Below, piece by piece: positions 14,911 through 25,712 of a stretch of 26,565 bases of DNA (positions are counted from its first letter, which is position 1; the number at the start of each line of letters is the position of its first letter). Position numbers and translations under genes: made by a program. The DNA comes from a virus. Taxonomy: Duplodnaviria > Caudoviricetes. The notes beneath the pieces are model-generated. The model had not been told where the DNA came from. It made no database searches and saw only the letters and a program-made list of their open reading frames with translations. Where the stretch lies: IMG/VR virus record IMGVR_UViG_3300049009_000656, positions 1-26,565 of that record; one strand, 5' to 3'.

Positions 14911-15431
14911 TTCTTGCTCCAGCCGCGTGAACCAAACCAGAAGCCAATGATGCCGCCAAGCATGGCCATCTCATCAGGGCTAAAGATGATGTTGGTGTAG
15001 CGCAAAACATCATCCATGCTTTGGATAAGGTTTGGGTTTGAGTACAGGTAGTAGCACAAGAAAGCGTTGATGGCCACCAGCTCAAGCACAAAGATGTAGG
15101 TTATCGTGGGACGAACAGTCCCCACATAGCTAGATACCCACGTTGACGCTTTTGCCAACACGGCCTTGTCGTGCTCTTGAGCGCCTTGCACCATCTCAGC
15201 CTCAGCCTCGGCCATTTGTGCTTGGGTCTGCAAAGCCACCTGCTCGGTGCGGATCTCTTCCACCCGAGCTTGAGCAGCAAACCCCGCAGCCGCCATCTGA
15301 AGCTCGCGCTCAGTCTGGATGGAGGCCAAGGCCAGCTCATGCTTTTGATCGGCTTTGTTCTGGAAGTACTCCAGCAGTTTGGGCAAGCCTGAGATTAACA
15401 GACCGCCAAGGGTTGAGAATAGTGAAAGCAT
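14907..15431 (-). CDS. Holin-like membrane protein (3TM-holin type)
   Basis: VRPTITY + TM segment, IIGFWFGSR C-terminus; immediately upstream of the lysozyme. Confidence 0.7.
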   Translation of the reverse strand: MLSLFSTLGGLLISGLPKLLEYFQNKADQKHELALASIQTERELQMAAAGFAAQARVEEIRTEQVALQTQAQMAEAEAEMVQGAQEHDKAVLAKASTWVSSYVGTVRPTITYIFVLELVAINAFLCYYLYSNPNLIQSMDDVLRYTNIIFSPDEMAMLGGIIGFWFGSRGWSKK

Positions 15432-15458
15432 TATTTGTCCTTTTGGTGGTTGTGCATG

Positions 15459-15941
15459 TTACTGTTCCCTAAAATTAATGTATTCCATCGTGCCCCATGC
15501 CACTAGGGTAATCACCAACACAATCAAAGCCGCAAACAAAACCATCGTTACGACTTCTCCGACTTCTTTAGCGCGTTTGGCTTTAGCTTCTTTTTCCTGT
15601 TTTTCCTCGGCCTTTCGCCGGGAAACGATGTTGTTGCGCTCCAGCATGATTGCATTCCACACATCGTCATTGCCTGTCAGGTACAAGTACTCTTTCAATT
15701 CGTTCTCAGCGTCCTGCAACTGCTTAGCGTGCATCACCGTTTCAAAGGCTTGAGCAGTATCAGACCGACCAAAGGTATTTTTCTTTGGGTTGACTGCGGC
15801 TTTGGCAACAACGTCTTTGCATTCAAAAAACTTCGTCAGATCACCGCTAATGGCGTGCAGGTCCTTGCCCATCTTAATGGCGGCTTGAATCCCCTTAATA
15901 GCAACTTGAGCTGTAGCAAAAGCTGTGAGCGGGTCGATCAC
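15459..15941 (-). CDS. Hypothetical membrane-anchored protein in the lysis cassette
   Basis: MIDPLTAFATAQ... N-terminus, coiled-coil and one C-terminal TM helix; GTG start overlaps the upstream TGA. Confidence 0.75.
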   Translation of the reverse strand: MIDPLTAFATAQVAIKGIQAAIKMGKDLHAISGDLTKFFECKDVVAKAAVNPKKNTFGRSDTAQAFETVMHAKQLQDAENELKEYLYLTGNDDVWNAIMLERNNIVSRRKAEEKQEKEAKAKRAKEVGEVVTMVLFAALIVLVITLVAWGTMEYINFREQ

Positions 15942-16102
15942 TTAGGTTTCTCCGGTGGCTTGTCCTGTTCTTTCTTTTCCCATTTCACACACCAAACGGT
16001 TGGATGAAAGGGAGTTCTGTCGTTAAACGTAAAAGACCACCTCATGCACACATAAAGAGGCGCATAGACCGCTGGCAACTGTACAGGCAGCACGTCTATC
16101 AT
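15938..16102 (-). CDS. Small Cys/Trp protein (54 aa), not in the ORF track
   Basis: MIDVLPVQLPAVYAPLYVCMRWSFTFNDRTPFHPTVWCVKWEKKEQDKPPEKPK; TAATG overlap upstream and GTGA overlap downstream fill the gap exactly. Confidence 0.75.
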   Translation of the reverse strand: MIDVLPVQLPAVYAPLYVCMRWSFTFNDRTPFHPTVWCVKWEKKEQDKPPEKPK

Positions 16103-16311
16103 TACATTCCTAAAGTCTTCTTTACAAACTCAGCAGCAACGCCGGGGCCAAACAAGACGCAAACAATCACGCCATACAAAAGGTACTCTAACCTTGCCAT
16201 GCGCTTAGACCCAGCATCAAACCGTCTTTGAATGGCTTCATACCTCTGTGCGCAGATTTGTTCATGGGTAGACAGTTTTGCTTCTGTTTCGCTAATCATT
16301 TTTTCGGACAT
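16102..16311 (-). CDS. Small coiled-coil + single TM protein (XhlA/holin-like)
   Basis: LSTHEQICAQRY..RMARLEYLLYGVIVCVLFG. Confidence 0.7.
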   Translation of the reverse strand: MSEKMISETEAKLSTHEQICAQRYEAIQRRFDAGSKRMARLEYLLYGVIVCVLFGPGVAAEFVKKTLGM

Positions 16312-16329
16312 ATCACTGTTCTTTTATAT

Positions 16330-16827
16330 CTAAGGAGCCACAGGCCATTCAATAGTCCAAGGGAAACCAGCTTGTGCTGGTACGTCACGCAGTGCTTGGC
16401 AGTATGCGTCCCACTCGGGTGTCGTTGTCTGGTCGCGGCGATAGCGCCAGTCGGTTTCGGCTAACTTAGCATCACGCGAGGCGCGGACAGACTTGGCCTG
16501 CTCGGTGTCCTTCTGCGCTTTATACGCAGCCTCTTGCTCCGCAGCGGTTTGGGCAGGGGCAATATCTGTTGCGACGGTGTCAGTGAAAGTAGGGCCAAGT
16601 ACGTACTTTGTGTACCACTTACCATCAATTTGCTCAACACCAGCGGCTTGCGAGTACTGGTAGACAGTGCCGCCAGTAGCTTGTGGGCCTTCAAAGACTA
16701 CATCAGCACCCAAAGCCTCTAGGATTTCAGTTGTTGTTGTTTCCCATGATGGGCCACCATTGGCTTTTTGGTATGCACGGAACTCTGCCTCGTACATTAC
16801 CTGACCTGTTGATGTTCTGATTTGCAT
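16330..16827 (-). CDS. Tail fibre assembly chaperone-like protein
   Basis: C-terminal VRASRDAKLAETDW...WDAYCQALRDVPAQAGFPWTIEWP motif; follows the fibre genes. Confidence 0.8.
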   Translation of the reverse strand: MQIRTSTGQVMYEAEFRAYQKANGGPSWETTTTEILEALGADVVFEGPQATGGTVYQYSQAAGVEQIDGKWYTKYVLGPTFTDTVATDIAPAQTAAEQEAAYKAQKDTEQAKSVRASRDAKLAETDWRYRRDQTTTPEWDAYCQALRDVPAQAGFPWTIEWPVAP

Positions 16828-16837
16828 AGTGTGTCCT

Positions 16838-18784
16838 CTAGGCTACGGAAAGAAAAATGTAGGTTGCTGATGTGACATTAATGTTAGTAGCTGAAAGCTG
16901 ATTTACGATAAACCCGCTGTTGTCAGTGTCCACGCTGTCATCTGTTGTCACTTCAGCATCTGCTGCGTTGAGGCTAAGGTGTGGATCGTTCCCAGCAACA
17001 ATTCCTCGTGCTGAGTCCCAGACGTACCAGTCACCAGTGTTGTCGGTGCGTTTTATGAGTACAAACCTTGCCCCGCCTGTAAAGCCGCAGTTGATGGTCT
17101 GGGTTGTGCCGTTGCCTGTGTATGAACCGACTTTTGAAACACCGGGGCAGGTTGCGAAGAGATAGGCTACGTAATTACTCCCCAGCGTATTCGTGGCTGT
17201 AATACCGTTAGACAGTGTAAATGTGGTACTCGTCCATGCTGTAATAAAGTAAGCCGCAGACGACAGCGCATAAATAGTATTCAGATTTAAGTAATTACCA
17301 AGTCCTGTAATTTGTGTCTGTACAAGCCAGTCCGTGCCAGTAGTTCTGTTCTTAATTATTGCTAATTCAGGGGTAACGCCAAGGTTATGCGAATTAGTAA
17401 GTGGCGCAGAATTTTGTCCCGCATAGCAAACCTCATCAAAGAAGCCGGGAGCGCGGCGGAAGAACCAATCAACGTAGTTCTTTGTGTAATTCATGTCATA
17501 AGTTGACTCACCCGTATTACCTATGCTTATTCCATTCATGTTAAATGAAAGCAAGGTTCCAGCAATGCTCTGCGCTCCTTGCGTGTCAGAAGGTACAAGA
17601 GCCAATAGTGGTCCTCTAAGTCGGTCAAACCAAACAGCCTTGTTGTTTGCGTTCAAAACCTTTGTCAAGCTCATGTCAGGAGGGAAACTGATGTTGGTAA
17701 CTTCTGCGCTGGCGGCTCCTGTGCCTACTCGTGCGTTGGGCGCAAACACACTCGTACCCAGCGTAGGCACTTTCATCGGGCCACGGCGTATGGCTATGTA
17801 GATAAATGAGCCGGCGCCAATACTTTGGGTGCTAAAACCTGTTGAAGTTATATTCCAATCTGCCCCGCCTGTATTCTCTGCATCGGGGGAATTAGCACGC
17901 AAAGTACCAGTACCAGTAGTGCTGTTATCAGCCCTCCAATTACGCATATTGTCATTTATAAACCAACCACCCGTGCCATTGGTCTGTTTAAACATAACCC
18001 ATTGGGGTTCAAACCCAAGGTTCACAGTAGTGTTACCTGTAAACGACCCACACGAAATCACATTGTCCGTACCCGTCAGGCCAAAGCCGCCTGCGTCATG
18101 GGCGAAGATATAAGCAACATAAGTTGCGCTTGAAGTATTGACAGAGTCATCAGTGCCAGTTGGACTTACTGTAAATTTTGTTGATGTGACGTTAGTAATA
18201 GTAGCTTGTCCACCTAGACCAACTGCGGCAGTTGTGTTTAGGTTTAAATTCCCGCTTTGTGTAATGTGGTACGTCCTCCAATTACTGAAAGAATCTGTCC
18301 GCTTAATGATAATCATCCCAACGGTACCGTTTAGTGAATGATTTATGTCACGGTTATTTACTCCATCCCCCGTATACGTTACAACATCAAAAAACTTGGG
18401 CTGCTCTCGGAATGTCCATGAGACAAATGTACTACCACTATTGTTGATATAAGTGGAATTACTCATGGTAAATCCACTAGAATTAAAAGCCGTTATTCCG
18501 TCGGTTTCAAGAGTTTCTGCATCAGTGGTGGTAGTGTTTAAGGATTTATTTACTCCTCTACTAGTGTCATAGAGTTTTGGGTAATACCCAGCGCTTCGCA
18601 TTTTGATCCAAACCAACCCACCCTTGGTAGACAAGTCAATGTTATTGGTGATGGTCTGTGTAGAAGAGTTGCCCGTGTACAGCCATGTAGAGAACACATC
18701 CTCGATGTAGTTAACAGCAGTAGCCCGTGCAAACTCGCCGAAGCCTTGGGCTGATGCTGCACCTCTCGTTTGTACTAATGGCAT
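16838..18784 (-). CDS. Tail-associated beta-rich repeat-domain protein (648 aa)
   Basis: Repeated YTGN..I..G..P..V.IK..W..D..RG..L..N units; lies between the fibre and chaperone genes. Confidence 0.7.
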   Translation of the reverse strand: MPLVQTRGAASAQGFGEFARATAVNYIEDVFSTWLYTGNSSTQTITNNIDLSTKGGLVWIKMRSAGYYPKLYDTSRGVNKSLNTTTTDAETLETDGITAFNSSGFTMSNSTYINNSGSTFVSWTFREQPKFFDVVTYTGDGVNNRDINHSLNGTVGMIIIKRTDSFSNWRTYHITQSGNLNLNTTAAVGLGGQATITNVTSTKFTVSPTGTDDSVNTSSATYVAYIFAHDAGGFGLTGTDNVISCGSFTGNTTVNLGFEPQWVMFKQTNGTGGWFINDNMRNWRADNSTTGTGTLRANSPDAENTGGADWNITSTGFSTQSIGAGSFIYIAIRRGPMKVPTLGTSVFAPNARVGTGAASAEVTNISFPPDMSLTKVLNANNKAVWFDRLRGPLLALVPSDTQGAQSIAGTLLSFNMNGISIGNTGESTYDMNYTKNYVDWFFRRAPGFFDEVCYAGQNSAPLTNSHNLGVTPELAIIKNRTTGTDWLVQTQITGLGNYLNLNTIYALSSAAYFITAWTSTTFTLSNGITATNTLGSNYVAYLFATCPGVSKVGSYTGNGTTQTINCGFTGGARFVLIKRTDNTGDWYVWDSARGIVAGNDPHLSLNAADAEVTTDDSVDTDNSGFIVNQLSATNINVTSATYIFLSVA

Positions 18785-18793
18785 GGTTGTCCT

Positions 18794-21700
18794 TTATGCA
18801 AACTTGGTCTGTGAGGTAAACACAGTAAATGCCGCGTTACCCGTCTTGATGATTGTGTACATATAGACATCGACACTTGAAGCATTACCAGCCGCATATG
18901 CTGTACCGCCTTGATACTTGGGGGTCACAGTCGAGCCGTCTACCTGAACCACGTTGTTGTAGTAGGCCGTAGCGCCTTGCGTTACAAGGAAAGCCGCAGT
19001 CACAGACTGACCCGTAGTCATGGCGGTGTTCAATGATGTACCGCTTGACGCTCTGAAGTTGACTGTCCAGTTGGCTGATGCGTTGCTGGTGTAGTACAGG
19101 ACTGACTGAGTGGTTACGTCGTAGTTGATAGTGCCTGTAGCCGCTGTAGCTGAGACTGTTGCTATCTCTGCCGCGTTGGTCAAGATTTCTGCCAGCACTG
19201 AAGATGAGCCAGCAAATGTCTTTGTGCTTGTAAAGGTCTGGGCGGTAGACAGGCTTGCCACATCCGACAAGGTGTTGCTACCAAAAGCAATTGTTTTGTT
19301 GGTCAGAGTCTCTGTGCCTGTCGGGGTTACGTAGTCCGTACCCGCAGTAGCGGCAGAAATTGCTGTGCCATTGCCTTTTAGTACGCCCGTAATGGATGTT
19401 GATAACGTCAAAGCTGGGGTTGCACCGCCGGACGAAGTGCCTGCAAGCCCGTTCGCAGAAACAACAGAAACTGCGGTCACTGTACCTGAGCCGGGTGCTG
19501 CGGCAGCAATGGTTTGATTAGGCCAAGTACCCGTAATTGTGATGTTGCTGCCCTGAATAAGTCCCGGAGTAGCAGTAGCCGTACCACCGTTAGCAACTGG
19601 CAAAATTCCAGTCACACCCGTGGTCAGAGGCAAACCTGTTGCGTTGCTCAGTACGCCAGAAGCAGGTGTTCCCAGTGCTGGCGTTGTCAGCGTTGGCGAT
19701 GTCAGCGTCTTGTTGGTCAGAGTTTCAGAACCCGCCAAAGTGCTTAAAGTTCCCGTTGTCGGGAAAGTAACGTTGGTGGTTCCTGTCAGTGTTCGCGTGT
19801 AGGCAAAGTTGCCGGACCCTGTAACGGTCATGGCTGCGTTGTTTTGAACGCCGGTACCGCCGTTGGCGGCGGGCACAACCTGAGCAGCTGCAAATGTAAT
19901 AGCGCCGGTCATGGTGCCGCCGGAAAGGGCTAGGTAGCCAGTGGCCGGCAGGTAGGCGACCAGCCAAGTTGCGCCGGTGTACACGCGCATCTCGTTTGTC
20001 GTAGTGTTGAAATACAAAGCACCTGTTAGCAGGGCGTTGCCGTCGTTGTCCAGTGTCGGGTCAGTAGCCTTTGGGCCAAGGTAGCGGTCATCAAACGAAT
20101 CGTATGACGCAGCCGCAGCTGTTGCACTACCGGCCGCAGCTGTTGCACTACCGGCCGCAGCTGTTGCGCTGTTACCCGCATTGGTCTCACTTACTGCGGC
20201 AGCAGACGCTGAGGCCGCCGCGCTGGTAGCGCTACCCAAAATGCTGTCTACGTAAAACTTGGTTGTAGCATCTTGGTTGGCCGTTGGGTCAGCCATGCCG
20301 GTAATTTTGCTGGCGCCCATGGCAATAGCGCCTGACATAGTGCCGCCAGTCAAAGCCAATTTCAAAGCCAAGCCAGTATCAACGTAGCTTTTGGTCGCCG
20401 CGTCTTGGACGTTGGTAGGATCGCCAAGGCCTGTAATTTTGCTGGTGCCCATGGCAATAGCACCACTCATGGTGCCGCCAGTCAAATTGAGCTTTAACGC
20501 CAAGGCCGTATCAACTTGAGTTGTTGTGTACGCGTTACTGATGTTGTACCCAGCTAAGGTCGTTGGGTTTGTTCCAGCGGTTACTCGGCCGTAAGCATCA
20601 ACAGTCATAGACTGATATGTGCCTGCTGTCACTGCCGTTGTTGCCAAGTCAATGTCGTCCGAATTGACAACGATCCGGCTGCTAGACGCCGTGCCAACAT
20701 TTAAAGTGTTGCCGGTTTTTGTCAAACCTGCGCCAGCGGTAATTTGCCCTGCGCCAGAAAACTGTTCCCAAGTAACTGCTGTACTTCCAAGGGTGCCGCC
20801 GGGTGCAATTGTGCAAACCCAGCCGGTGTTGTCGTAAGTAGTTCCAGACTCAACAAAAGTAAAGGCGCCTGTCAGCTCAACCCAAGTGTCGGCGTCAGTA
20901 GCCCGGGACCATGTACTTGCTGCTACAACGTATATGCCGTTGTCAGCCGCTGTGTTTTGGTCTTTGACCAACACCCGGTCAGCCACCGACAAGGCAACAC
21001 CGTCAATTGTTTGGGTCCCGGACAAAGTGATGTTGGCCGTTGTGGCTGCGCGAACAGATCCTTTGACGTCAAGACCTTGGGCAACAGAGTCCACATAGTT
21101 CTTGGTTGCCGCGTCTTGCGCGCTAGAAGGGTCGCCAAGGCCTGTAATCTTGCTGGTGCCCATGGCAATAGCACCGGACATTGTGCCGCCTGCTAGAGCC
21201 AGTTTAAGGGCATCGGCGGTATCAACGTAAGTTTTGGTGGCCGCGTCTTGAGCGTTGGTGGGATCGCCCATGCCCGTGATCTTGCTGGTGCCCATTGCAA
21301 TGGCGCCAGACATTGTGCCGCCTGCCAAAGCTAATTTCAAAGCCAAGCCAGTATCGACATAACCTTTGGTTGCTGCGTCGCCCGCGTTGGTGGGCGTGGC
21401 CAAATTGATGATGGTGTTGGTTGTGCCGGCGTCCATGTCCAGCGTGCCGGAGATGGTGATGTTGTTAAAAGTTGATGTGCCGCTTGAAGCCGTTACGTTG
21501 CCGGTCAAGTTGCCGGTTACGTTGCCGGTCAAGTTGCCGGTTACGTTGCCGGTTACGGCACCAGACAAACTGCCGCTAAAACCGGAGCTGGCGCTGACTG
21601 TTGTAAAAGCGCCCGTTGAAGGGGTCGTCCCGCCAATTGGTGTGCCGTTAATTGTGCCGCCAGTGATAACTGTCGTCGAACCTAAATTGGCCGTGCCTGT

Positions 21701-21979
21701 GACAGTCAAATTGGTAAACGTGCCGGCGGCAGCCGTAGTTGCGCCAATCGTTGTGCTATTGACTGTTGACGCCGTAATGGCCAAAGCCTGCAAAGCAGCG
21801 GACGCAATCAAAGCCGTACCTGCGGAATTAACCATTGCAACTTTGTAACCATTGGCGGTCAAAGTTGGCAACAAATCAAAACCCGCTGTGATGTTCTCCA
21901 ACTCATTGCGCATCGTTGCCGACGAGCCGGGAGAGTTTGGTGTTGGGTAGGTAGCGTGTGTGTAATAGGGATTGCTCAT
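18794..21979 (-). CDS. Tail fibre protein (1061 aa)
   Basis: T/G/A-rich; repeated [38 protein letters not shown]; GNVTGNLT repeats; [24 protein letters not shown] domain. Confidence 0.85.
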   Translation of the reverse strand: MSNPYYTHATYPTPNSPGSSATMRNELENITAGFDLLPTLTANGYKVAMVNSAGTALIASAALQALAITASTVNSTTIGATTAAAGTFTNLTVTGTANLGSTTVITGGTINGTPIGGTTPSTGAFTTVSASSGFSGSLSGAVTGNVTGNLTGNVTGNLTGNVTASSGTSTFNNITISGTLDMDAGTTNTIINLATPTNAGDAATKGYVDTGLALKLALAGGTMSGAIAMGTSKITGMGDPTNAQDAATKTYVDTADALKLALAGGTMSGAIAMGTSKITGLGDPSSAQDAATKNYVDSVAQGLDVKGSVRAATTANITLSGTQTIDGVALSVADRVLVKDQNTAADNGIYVVAASTWSRATDADTWVELTGAFTFVESGTTYDNTGWVCTIAPGGTLGSTAVTWEQFSGAGQITAGAGLTKTGNTLNVGTASSSRIVVNSDDIDLATTAVTAGTYQSMTVDAYGRVTAGTNPTTLAGYNISNAYTTTQVDTALALKLNLTGGTMSGAIAMGTSKITGLGDPTNVQDAATKSYVDTGLALKLALTGGTMSGAIAMGASKITGMADPTANQDATTKFYVDSILGSATSAAASASAAAVSETNAGNSATAAAGSATAAAGSATAAAASYDSFDDRYLGPKATDPTLDNDGNALLTGALYFNTTTNEMRVYTGATWLVAYLPATGYLALSGGTMTGAITFAAAQVVPAANGGTGVQNNAAMTVTGSGNFAYTRTLTGTTNVTFPTTGTLSTLAGSETLTNKTLTSPTLTTPALGTPASGVLSNATGLPLTTGVTGILPVANGGTATATPGLIQGSNITITGTWPNQTIAAAAPGSGTVTAVSVVSANGLAGTSSGGATPALTLSTSITGVLKGNGTAISAATAGTDYVTPTGTETLTNKTIAFGSNTLSDVASLSTAQTFTSTKTFAGSSSVLAEILTNAAEIATVSATAATGTINYDVTTQSVLYYTSNASANWTVNFRASSGTSLNTAMTTGQSVTAAFLVTQGATAYYNNVVQVDGSTVTPKYQGGTAYAAGNASSVDVYMYTIIKTGNAAFTVFTSQTKFA
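20110..20168. repeat. 21-bp coding tandem repeat (SATAAAG)
   Basis: gccgcagctgttgcactaccg, about 2.7 copies. Confidence 0.8.
21490..21557. repeat. 12/24-bp coding tandem repeat (GNVT/GNLT)
   Basis: gttgccggttac / gttgccggtcaa units. Confidence 0.8.
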
Positions 21980-24021
21980 CTGATTCCTCGGCGTAAGGTG
22001 TAGTGCACGATGATGTTATTCACCGTAAAAGACTGGAGAAGATCGGAAGTTGAGGAAAGGCGGATGCTCATGTTTTCAGCTGTTCCAGATACCTCAATTT
22101 CAGACGGGGCAATGTCGGCCCCATCCCACACGAAATTATCCCAAATCATTTCGTCCCAATAGCTAGACCGCAAATCGTTTTGATACGTTGTGTCAACAGG
22201 TTGCGCCAAAGCTGCTGTGCGATAACCTAGGTCATAACCAAATTGAATTTCAGCGTATGAATCACCGGTTATTTCAACTGATGCTTTGCGGTAACGTTTT
22301 AAAATGCGGGGCGACTTAATAGAGTTATAAACTAGACTTATGTTGGCTGCAATAGGTTCGCCATCAAAACTTGTTCCCAAGTCCATCTGGTAAACAAAAC
22401 CATTTCCAGACCCAAAGAATTGCACGGTTCCACCGCTAGGAGCCTCGCCGTCAATGCAGCAGTTAATAGTGTCCAAGAACTGAATTGGCATGCTGCCAAG
22501 CATGTTGCCGTTTGTGATGGTCAGGTACAGGGCAGAGCCGTCGGAGAAGAAAACCCGGTACTGGCCTTTGTCTCGGTTGACTGAGCTGCCAACGGCCAGA
22601 TTGCGGTGCGCTTCGATGAATGGCCGGATGTTCATGGTCAGCGAAGCTGGCACGAAGTTGCCGAAGTTCAACGATGTGCTCATGCTGATGACACCTCGGT
22701 CGTCAAGCACGTAAGACTGGTCCAAGTTCTGCGCGGTGTATGCGTAGCCGCCGGTGCCGGTGTTGAACGCTGACAGCTGGAATGTTGCAGAGCTTGTGCC
22801 GTACAAAACTGACGTGTCCTGACGCGTATAAACGCCCAAGGCGCCACTTGATTGGTTACCCGGCAGGATCAGCAGGTTGGTGATCTCTGCGTTCATGGCG
22901 ATCTCGCCCGCGCCCAACAAAGGGGTCCATTGGTACGGGTAACCCAAAGCGCTAAATTGCAAAGAAGCGCCAAAGCTCAAGAACAAATGCTGTTTGTGGA
23001 AACAAATGTGGTTGGGCGTATCCACCGTCATGCCGGTGCGAATGGGCACGTAGGTCGTGCCGTCAAATTCAAAAGCTTTGTTCTTCCCGTCGCATCCGTA
23101 CATTTTGTAGTTGGCTGTGCCGCCGCCGAAGTTGGCAATTACGGTTTCGTAACGGCCGCTGGGTGCCAAAGTGATCTGCACAGGCGCGGTCAAGACGTGC
23201 GCGTAAACGGTAGCACCGATTCGCAAATTCTCACCGACCGTAAAGGTCCCGGTGACGGTAGACAAAATCAATTGACCGGCCGCATTACTTCCGGCCCAGC
23301 TGCCGTCCTCAAGCACCGTGCGGGCCACCACACATGTCGCCCCGCTGGACTGGCCGGTCAAGGTAACGCCGTCTGCGATCGCCAAGATGCCGCTATCAAA
23401 AGACATGGTCTTGCCAAGGGTAACGGCAGTCCAGCCCGAAGACGATGACTTGTGCATGACCGAAGCTGTTGCTCCGACATTGTTTCGCCATGCGTACAGG
23501 GTGCCGTTGTAGTAGCCCACGCCGAGCACGGAGCCGGACCCCGGCACGGCGGTGATGTCGGCCCGGTAGTTGTCTGCGGCAAGGTTGCGGTAGGTCACGT
23601 CCAGCAGGCCGTCGGCTGATACCCCTTGCACATACGTGATGACGCCCACATTGGTCGAGCTCACCGAGATGCCTTCTGTGGACAAGAAGGTGCCGGTCTC
23701 TCGGGTAATCACCACGTCGTTGCCGGTCCGCGCGATGACCACGCCGGTGGCTGCGGATGACAAGCCGACGATGGTATTGCCCACAGCAACCGTTCCAGTC
23801 AGCGCGCATACAAGAATGTTGTAAACCGCAGCCGAAGGGCTAGGCCGCCCATCAAAACGTTCGTATCCTTCAATGCGCGTGTAGCCACCTGTAATTGAAC
23901 ACTCAAAGTTGGCGGCTCGACGGGCAATGCCCGGGGGCAAAGAAAGAGTTGGAGTGACTTGATCCAAACCACCTTTAAGGCGGATCAAATCGTAATTAAC
24001 TTTGGGAGTGGTCAGTGGCAT
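21976..24021 (-). CDS. Tail nozzle / tail tubular B-like protein (681 aa)
   Basis: N-terminal KGGLD..P..A.NF..GGY.R..GY, beta-propeller-like composition, C-terminal [10 protein letters not shown]; follows the adaptor gene. Confidence 0.7.
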   Translation of the reverse strand: MPLTTPKVNYDLIRLKGGLDQVTPTLSLPPGIARRAANFECSITGGYTRIEGYERFDGRPSPSAAVYNILVCALTGTVAVGNTIVGLSSAATGVVIARTGNDVVITRETGTFLSTEGISVSSTNVGVITYVQGVSADGLLDVTYRNLAADNYRADITAVPGSGSVLGVGYYNGTLYAWRNNVGATASVMHKSSSSGWTAVTLGKTMSFDSGILAIADGVTLTGQSSGATCVVARTVLEDGSWAGSNAAGQLILSTVTGTFTVGENLRIGATVYAHVLTAPVQITLAPSGRYETVIANFGGGTANYKMYGCDGKNKAFEFDGTTYVPIRTGMTVDTPNHICFHKQHLFLSFGASLQFSALGYPYQWTPLLGAGEIAMNAEITNLLILPGNQSSGALGVYTRQDTSVLYGTSSATFQLSAFNTGTGGYAYTAQNLDQSYVLDDRGVISMSTSLNFGNFVPASLTMNIRPFIEAHRNLAVGSSVNRDKGQYRVFFSDGSALYLTITNGNMLGSMPIQFLDTINCCIDGEAPSGGTVQFFGSGNGFVYQMDLGTSFDGEPIAANISLVYNSIKSPRILKRYRKASVEITGDSYAEIQFGYDLGYRTAALAQPVDTTYQNDLRSSYWDEMIWDNFVWDGADIAPSEIEVSGTAENMSIRLSSTSDLLQSFTVNNIIVHYTLRRGIR

Positions 24022-24030
24022 CTGAGCTCT

Positions 24031-24723
24031 TTAAGCGAGGGGTGGACCGCTGACAATGGTTGGCAGCTGGTCAATGTCCAAACGGTTCATCAACCGCTTA
24101 AATTCAAATTCACCGCGCTGATAAACTTCTGGCGCTGACTCGTAGCCACCGTAAAACATCATGGCCCTGTAAACAATCATCATTTGGAAACGGTCAGGAA
24201 ACACGCTGGGCGGTGCGTCAGTGGCCGCAACAAACTCCGTTGGCTGAACATAGTACTCGCCCACAATGACGTAAGGCTGATCGGGTATTGAGCCAAAGCC
24301 CAAGTTTTTATCTGGGTCAATCGTGACAACCACTGGGCGCGCATACGTCGTACGCATATTCCCGTACATGTACAGGTTGCGGAACGTCGTATAGTCCATA
24401 TAGTTCATCAGCTGCTCGTCAGCGTAGTTCTGGCCTACTGATGACGCGCGCCAACTGTCACGTTTCCAATTTCCAAAAGTAGTCCCCACACCGGCTTCGG
24501 TGGGGGTGTAGATTTGCTGTTGCGTAACCGTGTTGAATTGCACCGGATTACGCATCCACTGCCAATCTTCCTTGGCCGTTTGCACATCGACCCAAGCACT
24601 ATTGATCCAGTTTGCCATCCGGTAGGATTCGCCGGTAAGGGCAACGACAGTAGTCAAAGGAACGCTGGCACCAGAGACGCCGCATTCCACACGCAACCGG
24701 TTAACAAGCTGGAGGTAGTTCAC
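24031..24723 (-). CDS. Head-tail adaptor / tail tubular A-like protein
   Basis: MNYLQLVNRLR..INSAW..WQW..P..PDQPY..FP.RF..IVYRAM pattern, size and position. Confidence 0.72.
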   Translation of the reverse strand: MNYLQLVNRLRVECGVSGASVPLTTVVALTGESYRMANWINSAWVDVQTAKEDWQWMRNPVQFNTVTQQQIYTPTEAGVGTTFGNWKRDSWRASSVGQNYADEQLMNYMDYTTFRNLYMYGNMRTTYARPVVVTIDPDKNLGFGSIPDQPYVIVGEYYVQPTEFVAATDAPPSVFPDRFQMMIVYRAMMFYGGYESAPEVYQRGEFEFKRLMNRLDIDQLPTIVSGPPLA

Positions 24724-24738
24724 TGGGTCACCCTGTGT

Positions 24739-25161
24739 TTAAGCGGGTTCAGCCAATACGTTTGAAAGCCACGCGCGGCCACGAGGATTGTCGTCGTGCA
24801 TTAGCTCAAAGGGAAAAGCTAAACCGTGGCGCGCGATCATGTCAATCTGATCAGGTGCTGCTGGGTTGCGAGTTACTTGGCTGTATTTGGTTTCCTTCAT
24901 ACGTGCCAAGATCTCAACGTACTTGCGACGAACGCGTGTGGGCACGCCGCGCATGATAGGTTGATTGGTTCCGTTGCAATTGAGGATCACATGAGGAGAT
25001 TGGTTTTCGTCGGTGCTAGAGTGCACCATAACTTCAACCAACTCGTTCATAAACGCTTCGCTTGCTGCAAGCTCACGAAGGTCTACAACTTGGGAAACTG
25101 GATCAACTGTCGGTGTGTCGTCTAGGATCTCAATGCCTGCGATTGTTTGATTTTTTGCCAT
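24739..25161 (-). CDS. Conserved hypothetical phage protein downstream of the capsid genes
   Basis: Likely start ATG 25161 (GGAG 7 nt upstream); NG..PIMRGVP..V.RKYVEILAR motif. Confidence 0.75.
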   Translation of the reverse strand: MAKNQTIAGIEILDDTPTVDPVSQVVDLRELAASEAFMNELVEVMVHSSTDENQSPHVILNCNGTNQPIMRGVPTRVRRKYVEILARMKETKYSQVTRNPAAPDQIDMIARHGLAFPFELMHDDNPRGRAWLSNVLAEPA

Positions 25162-25197
25162 CTTCATTCTCCGTTAGGTTTAAAAAACTGATTTGCC

Positions 25198-25226
25198 AAA
25201 AAGCAGGCTGCCCGAAGGCAACCTGC
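25198..25226 (-). terminator. Intrinsic terminator after the capsid/decoration genes
   Basis: GCAGGTTGCC-TTCG-GGCAGCCTGC-TTTTT (cUUCGg tetraloop). Confidence 0.85.
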
Positions 25227-25254
25227 GAAACCCTCCGTTAGGAGAGATGGCAAC

Positions 25255-25692
25255 TTACTGGGCTGAGCCGGGCATGTCCATGCAGTCGGAGAACGCGGCT
25301 GTGATGCCAGTGGCAGACAAGTCGGTAGTAGCTGGCGTGAACGTAACGGCAGAACTGGTAGTGACTTTGATCAAACCGACCAAAGTTGTGTTGGCCGTAA
25401 CTTGACCGGGCACTGGGCATGGATCGCCAGCGGCAACAATAGGACCTTGTGAGGTCGATACCGTGCCGCCAGATGTAATCCACACTGCAAACAAGCAAGC
25501 CTGTGATGCAGCCAAAGCTGTACCGGCAGTGAATGTCAAGTTGTCAGTAGCAGCCTTAGACTTAAAAATACCGTTGCTTGTAAAAGTCAAAGTATTAGCA
25601 GTCTTAAAAGTTGCACTGTTAGTGCCTTCGGCTAAGCCGGCAGCGGTCAGGGAGAGATAGCCACTATTGGCTTGTTCGATGTTGTAAGACAT
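25255..25692 (-). CDS. Small virion protein, possible head decoration
   Basis: T/A-rich beta protein, AAGGA SD, inside the capsid transcription unit. Confidence 0.6.
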   Translation of the reverse strand: MSYNIEQANSGYLSLTAAGLAEGTNSATFKTANTLTFTSNGIFKSKAATDNLTFTAGTALAASQACLFAVWITSGGTVSTSQGPIVAAGDPCPVPGQVTANTTLVGLIKVTTSSAVTFTPATTDLSATGITAAFSDCMDMPGSAQ

Positions 25693-25712
25693 GATTTATT
25701 CCTTTAAGAAAA

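Noticed and set aside
13430-21560. Repeats as a possible CRISPR array or DGR template/variable pair
   Set aside because: They are in-frame coding repeats without unique spacers; no adenine-specific mismatch pattern was noticed, and there is no cas or reverse transcriptase gene in the window
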